Source: Coriobacteriia bacterium (GTDB taxonomy: Bacteria; Actinomycetota; Coriobacteriia; Anaerosomatales; PALSA-660). Taken from it: 64,000 nucleotides of DNA. Location: contig JANYAK010000011.1 in the NCBI GenBank assembly GCA_025361335.1, positions 2,751 through 66,750 on the forward strand, read 5' to 3'. Below are positions 12,800-20,852 of this stretch, one piece after another. The notes beneath the pieces are model-generated. The model was not told where the DNA came from. It saw nothing but the letters and a program-made list of their open reading frames with translations, and did not search any database. The translations under genes were made by a program, and so were the position numbers. The first letter of the stretch is position 1. The number at the start of each line of letters is the position of its first letter.

Positions 12800-13348
12800 T
12801 CAGCGCGGCCCCTTCGTGAACAGGCGTATCGCCTCTAGTATCCGGGCGTCGGGGCCCGCCTCGGCTCGCGGGGTGGGTGTGATGCCGCGCTCGGCCAGGA
12901 CCGTGAGCACGGCTGCGACGGCGGCGGGAAGCGCCGCCTCCACCTCCGGAGTCAGGCCTATCTCGATCACGCTCATGTCCTTGATCTGGATGCCGATGCA
13001 CTCCGCCTCGGGGGTCGAGCCCATGAGCATGGCCGATTGCAGGACGTCCACGAAGCGGATGTCGTGCAGGGAGTGCATGACCTGGTTGTGGGCCAGATCC
13101 TCCGGAGACAGGCGAACGATCGTCCCCGGATCCTCGCCCGTGCCGTCGATCGCGTCGATGACGAGCATGTAGTCGCAGTCCCGGAACAGGTGGAGGATGC
13201 TCATCCCCATCGTGCCGACATCGACCAGCGTGACGTTGTCGGGAAAGGCGAGCGTACCCATCAGGATCTCGATGACGCGGACGCCCACACCCTCGTCCCG
13301 CACGAGCGGGTTGCCCATTCCCATGACCGTGATGCGTTCGGGTGCCAT
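12800..13348 (-). CDS. [NiFe] hydrogenase maturation endopeptidase (HyaD/HupD family)
   Basis: ITVMGMGNPLVRDEGVGVRV, DAIDG and SLHD motifs. The ATG at 13346-13348 has GGAGG 5 nt upstream. It is the last gene of the hydrogenase gene string. Confidence 0.85.
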   Translation of the reverse strand: MAPERITVMGMGNPLVRDEGVGVRVIEILMGTLAFPDNVTLVDVGTMGMSILHLFRDCDYMLVIDAIDGTGEDPGTIVRLSPEDLAHNQVMHSLHDIRFVDVLQSAMLMGSTPEAECIGIQIKDMSVIEIGLTPEVEAALPAAVAAVLTVLAERGITPTPRAEAGPDARILEAIRLFTKGPR

Positions 13349-13426
13349 CGAGCCTCCGTGTGATCGCGCGCGTGCCGACGCTGGATTGTACCGCACGCCA
13401 CCGCGAGCGCGACGCAGGGCCGCGCG

Positions 13427-14743
13427 TCAGGCGGAGGCGCACTCCGCCTGCGGGAGCGGCTGGCCGTCCAAGAGCAGCATCCGCTCAGCCGGGGACAGGG
13501 CGGCGCGTGCCTCGTCGCGCAACTCGTTGGAACCCGACAGCATCTCGCGCATCATGACGACGAGCAGGTAGCGTCCAGCGGGAGTGAGCGTGATGCACTC
13601 GTCGTCATCCCGCTCGATCCCGCCCGCGGCGCGCATGAAGGTCAGCTCAAGCCACAGCGCGCGGTCCGCGGAGACCCCGAAATCGCGTTCGAAGGCGCGC
13701 TTGTCCAACCGGAGGCCGAACAGCTGGTTGATGAAGCGGTAGCGCATCATGGCGCGGGCGTCGTACGGCTGGCCGGCGGTCGCGAGCCCCATGCATCCCG
13801 AGCGTATGGCGGCGTCGTAATCCGCCAGGGAGAACGTGTTCCCGTAGACACGATCGCCGATGAACGACAGCGCACCCGAGCCGATGCCGACGTACTGGTC
13901 GTAGTCGACGATGTACTCATCGATCATGCCGCCGCGGTCCTTCGAGAACGTCCAGGCTGACGCCGGTTCGAAGGTGCCTGAGAGAGCCTCGTCGATGAGG
14001 TGGTAGTACTCGCCTTCGCGCACGAAGTCGATGCGTCCCACGGTATCGGCCAGCGCTCGCGCGGCGTTCGGGCCGGCCATCAGCGGGTAGAAGGTCACCT
14101 GGTTGCAGCCGGTGTCCTTGAGGCGATCGATGTCCGCCAGGAGCATGCGTTCCGTCTGGCTGGGGAAGTTGAAGATCATGTCGACGTTGAGCGAGCTGAA
14201 CCAGCCCTGCGCCCGGACGATCGTCTCGTAAAGGTCCTGCCCGCTGCCATACTTGTCATACCGATCCATGACGCGCAGCAGGCGGTCGTCGAAACTCTGC
14301 ACTCCGACGGACATCCGGTCGATCCGGCCGCCGAGCCGCTCGACCACCTCCGACGTGAGGTGATTCGGGCTGGTCTCCGACGAGACTTCGCCGATGTCGA
14401 AGAGATCGCGCGCCAAGTCGATCGTCAGGCATAGTTCGTCCAAGAGGATGGTGGGCGTGCCGCCGCCGAGGTAGAGCGCGCCGAACCGGTACCCCAGGTC
14501 GGCGACCATGCGCATCTCCTCGCGCAGCCTGGCGAAGTACTGGCGCGCGAGGTCCTCACGATAGAGGAAGCGGTTGAACGAGCAGTAGGTGCACAGCCGT
14601 TCGCAGAACGGGACGTGCGCGTACAGCAGGTACGTCCGCTCGGGATCCGCGGGCGGCAGCGTCGTGAGGCTCGTGGGTTCGTGGGCCATGTAGCGGCGGC
14701 CCAAGACACGCATTGCAGCTGTCAGCGCGCGTTCGGAGAGCAT
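13427..14743 (-). CDS. HemN/HemW-family radical SAM protein (oxygen-independent coproporphyrinogen oxidase-like / heme chaperone-like)
   Basis: HVPFCERLCTYCSF (CxxxCxxC) and GGGTP motifs with a HemN C-terminal-like domain. Start at ATG 14741-14743 with GGGAG upstream. Confidence 0.8.
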   Translation of the reverse strand: MLSERALTAAMRVLGRRYMAHEPTSLTTLPPADPERTYLLYAHVPFCERLCTYCSFNRFLYREDLARQYFARLREEMRMVADLGYRFGALYLGGGTPTILLDELCLTIDLARDLFDIGEVSSETSPNHLTSEVVERLGGRIDRMSVGVQSFDDRLLRVMDRYDKYGSGQDLYETIVRAQGWFSSLNVDMIFNFPSQTERMLLADIDRLKDTGCNQVTFYPLMAGPNAARALADTVGRIDFVREGEYYHLIDEALSGTFEPASAWTFSKDRGGMIDEYIVDYDQYVGIGSGALSFIGDRVYGNTFSLADYDAAIRSGCMGLATAGQPYDARAMMRYRFINQLFGLRLDKRAFERDFGVSADRALWLELTFMRAAGGIERDDDECITLTPAGRYLLVVMMREMLSGSNELRDEARAALSPAERMLLLDGQPLPQAECASA

Positions 14744-14944
14744 GCTTGGACTCCCTGACAAAACATCGTAGGTACCGTGGGAGCGTCGCCCGGCAGCGTC
14801 ACCCTCTCCACGTGGTCCTTCTTCTGCATGAGGGGCTCGAATCCTGCCCCGCCACACGGCGGGAGGCCCGAGGAATAGCTCCCCGGACCTCCCGCTCCAG
14901 TGGCGACCGTCCCCTCGATCGGGGTCCGATCCACCACAGAGGCT

Positions 14945-15604
14945 CTAGTGCCCCTCGGGCTTCGTCTCGACCCAGGCGAACATGATCTTGGTCGGAGCGA
15001 TGCCGTGGATGTTCGCCAGGTACGCGTGCACCATGGTGAACACGATGATGATCCACATGCCGAAGTAGTGGATCATCCGCATTGCCATCAACCCGCCGAC
15101 AGCCGCGGTGCCCGCGTTGAAGAACGGCGCCAACGCCCAGTGCTGGGCGGGACCGTACAACGCGAACCCGGTGTAGGCCATCGCGTACGTGATCGGGATG
15201 GTGGCCAGGTAGGCGGTCTTCTGCAGGGAACCGTACTTCCCTGAGATGACGTGTTCCTTGCGAAGGAACAGGTAGTACTTCACGGTCTCCAGGAACTGAT
15301 GCTTGTTCTCCTTCTGAGGCAGCCAGTTCTTGATGTCGGTATCGACAACGTTGGATCCGAGGAGCAGCGCATCCTTCACCCAGAAGGAGAGGATGATCCG
15401 CGCCGTCAGGTTGATGATCAGGATGAACATCAACATGAAGTGGATCGAACGGGCCAGGCCCATGGACCAGACGAAGAACGGGTAGTGGATGAAGAAGCCC
15501 GTGAAGGCCAGACCGATCATCGAGATCAGGTTCACATAGTGAGTGAACACGAAGATCAGCGGATGCGCGGCACGGTAGTGTGCGTGTTGGGACATACCAC
15601 TCAC
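14945..15604 (-). CDS. Ni/Fe-hydrogenase b-type cytochrome subunit
   Basis: 219 aa with four TM helices and conserved His residues (HPLIFVFTHY, SIHFML, HYFGMWIIIVFTMVHAY), directly after the large subunit. An alternative ATG start lies at 15595. Confidence 0.85.
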   Translation of the reverse strand: MSGMSQHAHYRAAHPLIFVFTHYVNLISMIGLAFTGFFIHYPFFVWSMGLARSIHFMLMFILIINLTARIILSFWVKDALLLGSNVVDTDIKNWLPQKENKHQFLETVKYYLFLRKEHVISGKYGSLQKTAYLATIPITYAMAYTGFALYGPAQHWALAPFFNAGTAAVGGLMAMRMIHYFGMWIIIVFTMVHAYLANIHGIAPTKIMFAWVETKPEGH

Positions 15605-17235
15605 CTGCCTGCGGGCTTGGACATCACGAACGACTGCTTCTTAGTCTTGGGTTCTATCAACTGAACCCCGCATCCGATTCAAGGATCGAAGCTATGGACG
15701 ATCCGGAGCGCCTCGAGAGGCTTCTCGATGTCGGCGATCGGAGTGCCCACGAGCGCTTCCTCCAGCGGACCGCGGACGCCTGCCGCATCGCGCGGCGAGC
15801 AGTCCCACGTCGACGGGGAGACGACCTGATAGTTCGCTATCTTGCCGTCCTTGACGTCGATGAAGTGGCCGAGCGCGCCACGCGGCGCCTCCCACAGACC
15901 GGCACCCTGGCCGTTGGTCTCGGTGGGCTCGGTGAAGAACTTCGCGTCGCCGCCCTTGACGGCGCCGATGAGCTCCATGATCCACTCGCCCATCTTGTCG
16001 GCCACGAACTTGGCCTCGAGGTTGCGCGCCGCGAGGCGGCCGAGCAGGGAGATGAGCACCTCGGGCTTGCCCGCGACGCCGAGCGCCGTGAGCGTCGTGT
16101 CGACGAGATCCTTGACCTCGGGCACGCCGGCCAGATACGACACGAGCATGCGCGAGAGAGGCCCGGCTTCCATGGGCTTCTCGTCCAGGCGCGGAGCCTT
16201 GATCCACGAGTACTGGGCGTTCGTGTCGTACGAGGTGAACTTCGCCTGAGTCTGTCCCTGCGCCGGGTTGAGGCCGGAGGGCGACGAGTACCACGAATGC
16301 TCGACATACTCCTTGATCTTCGCCACGTCGGGCTGGACAAGCTCCAGCTTGCCGTCGAGGATCGCGCCTCGCGGCATGACGCGCTTGAGCGGGTCGAGGC
16401 TCTTGTCCTCGAACACACCCCATGAGAGGAAGTTCTTGACGCCGCCGCCATAGGTCGCGGCCTCGATGTAGAACGGCGCGATCGCCAGCGTGTCGGGGAT
16501 CAGGGCGTTCGTGATGAACTCGCTGACCGTCTTCCAGCGGAAGAGCACGTCATCGAGCTTCTCCTCGGTCGGCATCCATGCGGTGCCGCCGGGAATGGAC
16601 GTCATGAAGTGCGGGAACTTGCCGCCCATGACCGCGATGATCGCCGCGGCCTCGGCCTGTATCTCGAGCGCCTGGAGGTAGTGCGCCACGGCGATGAGGT
16701 TGAGCTCCGCCGGAAGCTTCATGGCGGGGTGACCCCAGTAGCCGTTGGTGAAGATGGAGAGCTGGCCACCCTCGACGAACGTCTTCAGCCGCTTCTGGAT
16801 CGCGCCGAAGTCGGCGACGGCCGTGCCGGCCTTCTCGGCCAGAGCATAGGTGTCGGCGATATTGGCGGACAGCGCGGACACGACGTCGACGTAATCGAGC
16901 GCCGTGAGCGTGTAGAACCACAGGATGTGGCTGTGGAGTGTCTCCGCACCCTCGATGATGTTGCGCACCAAGCGCGCGCCGTCGGGCGGGGTGACCTTGA
17001 GAGCGTCCTCCGTCGCCTTGGTGGAGGCGTGACCGTGGGAGATCGGGCACACGCCACAGATGCGCTGCGAGACGTAGTACGCATCCGCCGGCGCGCGACC
17101 CTTCAGTACGGTCTCCATGCCGCGGTAGAGACTGCCTGAGGACCAAGCGTCGGTGATGACGCCGTTCTCGACTTCGCACTCCACGCGCAGGTGACCTTCG
17201 ATTCTGGTAACGGGATCGATGATCGCTCTAGCCAC
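15601..17235 (-). CDS. [NiFeSe] hydrogenase large subunit (group 1), with in-frame TGA = selenocysteine at 15679-15681
   Basis: RIEGH and RICGVCPISH N-terminal Ni-ligand motifs are present. The track ORF stops at TGA right after RIVHSFDP. Continuing in frame gives U-IGCGVQ-LIEPKTKKQSFVMSKPAGR and a stop at 15601-15603, completing a DPUxxC site. That stop abuts the cytochrome b start. Confidence 0.8.
15649..15668 (-). promoter_or_regulatory. Candidate SECIS stem-loop
   Basis: On the mRNA, GGGUUC-AGUUGAUA-GAACCC forms a perfect 6-bp stem with an 8-nt loop, starting 10 nt after the UGA. Confidence 0.5.
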
Positions 17236-18383
17236 TAGTTATCGCCTCCCTTCGAGGCCTTGTGCTTCTTGTCCCACGCCTTCTCGGTCTCCATCGGAGG
17301 GCCGGACGTGCGTCCGGTCGCCGCGGAGGCGATACCGTGGACCAACAGACCGGCCGCGGCGGCAGCACCGACGACCGTTCCGACCGTCTCGGGGCGAACG
17401 CCGCCGAGACCGGGCAGATTGACGTCGGTCATGCGGCTCAGGAACGGCGCACTGGCGTCGACCCAGTTGGTGTAGACGTGACCGCAACCGATGCACGGCG
17501 AACCGGACTCGACGCACCAGCTGGCGCGACGGTTCCAACGCACGCTCGGACAGTTGGTCATGGTCTGCGGGCCCTTGCAGCCCATCTTGTACAGACACCA
17601 CTGCTTGACCTCGGCCTCGGTCCCGAAAGCCTCGACGAACTCGCCGTTCTCGAAGTGGCCGCGGCGCGGGCAGTTGTCGTGGATCGTGGAGCCGAAGATC
17701 AGGGTCGGGCGGTTCTTGTCGTCCATGGCCGGCAGCTTGCCCAGCAGCAGGACGTCGACGACCATCGCCACGATCCACTCCGGGTTGACCGGGCAGGTCG
17801 GCAGGTTGATGGTCTTGGCCTTGAGCTCGGGCATGACATCCAGAACGCCCTTGCCGCCGGCAGGGTTCGGAGCAGCGTTGACCCAACCGCCGTCCACCGC
17901 GCAGGACCCGACGCAGATGATCGCGTCGGCCTTGCCGGCGGCCTCCTTGAGGATCTCGAGCCCGGTCTTGCCCGCGATGCGCAGCGTGTTGCCGCCCTCG
18001 CCGGTCATGATCGCGCCCTCGACGACGAGGACGTAGCCGCCGTCGGCGATCGTCTTGGTCCTGGCCTCTTCCGCCTGCGTGCCGGCCGCGGCCATGATCG
18101 TCTCCATGTAGTTCACTGACAGCAGGTCCAGCACGATGGACGCCACATCGGGCGTATCCACCTGAGCCAGGGACTCGGTGCAGCCCGTGCACAGGCCCAT
18201 GTCGAGCCACACGGTCGGCTTGAGCTTGGCACCCGCTTCGACCGCCGATACGATCTGCGGAGCGTACATCTCGGACAGGCCGAGCAGCGCAGCCACCGAC
18301 CCGCAGTACTTCACGAAGTCGCGCCGCGACACACCCCGCGCTGCGAGGAGATCGTAGATCCCGTCTCGCACTCCTTGCGCCAT
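17235..18383 (-). CDS. [NiFe(Se)] hydrogenase small subunit, Tat-exported, C-terminal membrane anchor
   Basis: SRRDFVKYCGSVAALLGL twin-arginine signal and CTGCTES. Distal and medial cluster motifs are HDNCPRRG, CLYKMGCKGP and CPSVRWNRRASWCVESGSPCIGC. The ATG at 18381-18383 has AAGGAGG 8 nt upstream. Confidence 0.9.
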   Translation of the reverse strand: MAQGVRDGIYDLLAARGVSRRDFVKYCGSVAALLGLSEMYAPQIVSAVEAGAKLKPTVWLDMGLCTGCTESLAQVDTPDVASIVLDLLSVNYMETIMAAAGTQAEEARTKTIADGGYVLVVEGAIMTGEGGNTLRIAGKTGLEILKEAAGKADAIICVGSCAVDGGWVNAAPNPAGGKGVLDVMPELKAKTINLPTCPVNPEWIVAMVVDVLLLGKLPAMDDKNRPTLIFGSTIHDNCPRRGHFENGEFVEAFGTEAEVKQWCLYKMGCKGPQTMTNCPSVRWNRRASWCVESGSPCIGCGHVYTNWVDASAPFLSRMTDVNLPGLGGVRPETVGTVVGAAAAAGLLVHGIASAATGRTSGPPMETEKAWDKKHKASKGGDN

Positions 18384-19039
18384 CCCATACACCTCCTTGC
18401 GAAGCAACGAAAAACTTCAGTCACGTGCTCGCCGACCTCCCGCCCGTTCGGGGCAGGCGGTCCTCCCTCAGCCCCTTGCCCTCCTTTCCTGCACACACGC
18501 ATATCTCGCACAACTTTGGGCCACGGCGCCAAGACGCCGCCCGCGCCGATACGAGATCGACGGGCGGGCGGCGCGGGCCGGAACGGGCAGGGGGGCGGCG
18601 CGCCACAGCGCGCGGTGTTCGGGCAGACCTGCCCGGGGGATCATTCAAGTACCGCCCGCGACAGTGGGCCGGACGAGTCGAGCATGCCCGGCCCTGGAAG
18701 GGCGTGTCTCCCGGGTATGGTGATCGGACAGTGCGATCGAGTCGGTCCCCATGGCCCCTCGTGGATCGGCTTCGCGGTCAGGCACTGGATTGAAGTCTGA
18801 AACTTGTGGGCCTCCGAGACAATACCATTCCTCGTACGGCCTCGACCACGATGATACCTCGCCTGCGGCCAGATGGTGCATGCATGAGGAAAGGTGGTCA
18901 ACGGGGCGGCGGCAGCAGGAAGATCGGTGTAGGCGCCGAATACCGTCCATGTCGTCGCGCGGGACACCCGACCAGCGGGGATGTCGGCGCGGTCGGAGGA
19001 GGGAGGGTGAGGGTGTCAGCCGCATCGAGCGGGCTCGTG

Positions 19040-19273
19040 ATGGACATCCGCGGCCTCACGCCAGCTCTCCGGCGTCCGCTTCTCTTCACCGTGATCGATA
19101 AGATGCTCGACTTCGACTGCGTCGACAGTCTCGTGGTCATCTGCGACCACGAGCCGGCAGGTCTTGGTTACCAGATGGAGCTGCGCCACGAGACCAAGGG
19201 GCGCTTCGAGTTCTTCTACGACCAGCGTCTCGACGGGGCATGGGTGGCGCTCATCCGGCCACGCGTACATTGA
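19040..19273 (+). CDS. DUF2249 domain protein
   Basis: MDIRGLTPALRRPLLFTVIDKML...LVVICDHEPAGLGYQME...GAWVALIRPR matches the DUF2249 pattern as I recall it. The upstream part of the track ORF was rejected. Confidence 0.6.
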   Translation: MDIRGLTPALRRPLLFTVIDKMLDFDCVDSLVVICDHEPAGLGYQMELRHETKGRFEFFYDQRLDGAWVALIRPRVH

Positions 19274-19280
19274 ACGGCCG

Positions 19281-19976
19281 TCAGGCGGGCCGAGAAACGA
19301 GCCGCGGGAGCAGATCGGCCAGATCGTCCAGGCTGCCGCTCCAGTCCGCGCTCACCCCATCGTCCCGCCCCGCATAGAACGTGCGCATCCCGGCGTCGGA
19401 CGCGGGCATGTCCATCGACCGGTCGTCTCCCACCATCATGCATTCCGCCGGAACGCATCCGACCAAAGCGGAGGCCTCACGGAAGAACGCGGCATCGGGT
19501 TTGCACGCGTGCATGTTCTCGTACGTCGTAAGCACGTCCAGCCGCAGGTCGGCCAAGCCCGCCCATGCGAGGCGGTGCTCGACGGCCACGCGCGGGAAGA
19601 TCGGCTGGGTCGCCACCACGACTTCGAGGCCCAGAGCCTTCGCCGTTGCCACGGCTCGCCGTGCGCCTGCGCGGGGACCGCTGTCGTCGCGCAGCTTGGG
19701 GAATGTGTCGGCGTAAAAGCGCTCGAACACCTCCCAGTGCTCCCCGAGGTCGATGCCGGTGCGCGTGAGGAATGCCGCGTCGAAGGCCTCGCGATTCGTG
19801 CTGCCGGGATGGGACTGCTGCATCGCGTCGGTCGAGGTCAGGATGGCCGGGACGACCTCATGGCCAGGGAATCGCGAGGCGGTCATCGCCCCCAGGGCGT
19901 CGAAGTAGCGCGACAGGAATCGCTGAAGGTCGATGTCGAGCAACGTTCCGTCGAGATCGAAGAGGATCGCGCGCAC
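19281..19976 (-). CDS. HAD-superfamily hydrolase (subfamily IA-like)
   Basis: AILFDLDGTLLD motif I and a late GDD motif. The GTG at 19974-19976 has AGGAG 8 nt upstream. Confidence 0.8.
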   Translation of the reverse strand: MRAILFDLDGTLLDIDLQRFLSRYFDALGAMTASRFPGHEVVPAILTSTDAMQQSHPGSTNREAFDAAFLTRTGIDLGEHWEVFERFYADTFPKLRDDSGPRAGARRAVATAKALGLEVVVATQPIFPRVAVEHRLAWAGLADLRLDVLTTYENMHACKPDAAFFREASALVGCVPAECMMVGDDRSMDMPASDAGMRTFYAGRDDGVSADWSGSLDDLADLLPRLVSRPA

Positions 19977-20142
19977 TGCGTGGACTCCTGACGGGGCGCG
20001 GGCGGGCGGGACGCGGGTAAGGGCGCCCACATCGTAGCATCGTCGAGGAGGGCGCGACGTCCGGCGGGCTTCGTGTCCGGGTCGACGCGTCTGCTTCGAT
20101 GTGTGTCTCAAGTCACAACAGGGCGGTGCCGATAACGGCCGT

Positions 20143-20841
20143 ATGAACACTTCACCCGCAGGCCCCGTCATCGTCTCCAAACTTCGAGCCTTTCCGATGT
20201 TCGCCGAGCTCGACGCCGGCTCGCTGGCGACGCTCGCGGGACTGGTGACGTATCAGCAGGTCCGCAAGGGATCATTCCTCGTCACACAGAACGACAGGGG
20301 CGGCTGCATGTTCCTGCTCGTGTCCGGGCGGGTGAAGGTTTCGCTCGCATCGCCCCACGGCAAGGAGATCGCGCTGTCATACATCGACGCGCCGAACCAC
20401 GTGGGAGAGATGAGCGTCGTCGACTCGAAGCCGCGCTCCGCGGACGTCATCGCGGTCACTGATGCCGAGGTGCTCCGCCTGGAGGCGAAGGACCTCTCCG
20501 CTGCCATCCAGCTGCAGCCCGCCCTTGCACTGTCGCTCATCGCGACGTTGTCACGCCGACTGCGCCAGACCATCTCGCGCATCGAGGACATGGCGTTCCA
20601 CGACGCGACTCACAGGGTCATGCGCGTGCTGCTCAACGTGGCGACGGCATCATACGAGTCGAGCGGAGTGCCGGTCATCTCCGGGCTGACCCACTACGAG
20701 ATCGCGACGCTGGCCGGAACGTCACGCGAGACGGCCAGCCGAGTCATCTCCAGCCTGGGCAAGGAAGAAGTGCTCGCGACGAAGGGGCGCCGGATCGTGG
20801 TCGACCTTCTGCGCCTGCGCGATCGCCTGGCAGCCGAGTAG
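20143..20841 (+). CDS. Crp/Fnr family transcriptional regulator
   Basis: cNMP-binding-like domain (FLVTQNDRGGCMFLLVSGRVKV, GEMSV, RSADVIA) and a C-terminal HTH (THYEIATLAGTSRETASRVIS). Confidence 0.85.
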   Translation: MNTSPAGPVIVSKLRAFPMFAELDAGSLATLAGLVTYQQVRKGSFLVTQNDRGGCMFLLVSGRVKVSLASPHGKEIALSYIDAPNHVGEMSVVDSKPRSADVIAVTDAEVLRLEAKDLSAAIQLQPALALSLIATLSRRLRQTISRIEDMAFHDATHRVMRVLLNVATASYESSGVPVISGLTHYEIATLAGTSRETASRVISSLGKEEVLATKGRRIVVDLLRLRDRLAAE

Positions 20842-20852
20842 GCTCTGGCGAA

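Noticed and set aside
14744-14944. A possible tRNA-Sec (selC) in the spacer next to the Sec hydrogenase. The reverse strand contains GGCAGGATTCGAGCCCC, which is T-arm-like, and a long GC hairpin that could be a long variable arm.
   Set aside because: I could not build a cloverleaf. There is no UCA anticodon in a 7-nt loop, the T-like stem encloses a 9-nt loop, and there is no 8-bp acceptor stem or GCCA end in the right register. I treat it as structured RNA of unknown type.
18781-18796. A sigma-54-like GGCAC...TTGA element in the hydrogenase/DUF2249 intergenic region.
   Set aside because: The GG-N10-GC spacing is not satisfied (the -12 position reads AA). The orientation would drive DUF2249 rather than the hydrogenase genes.
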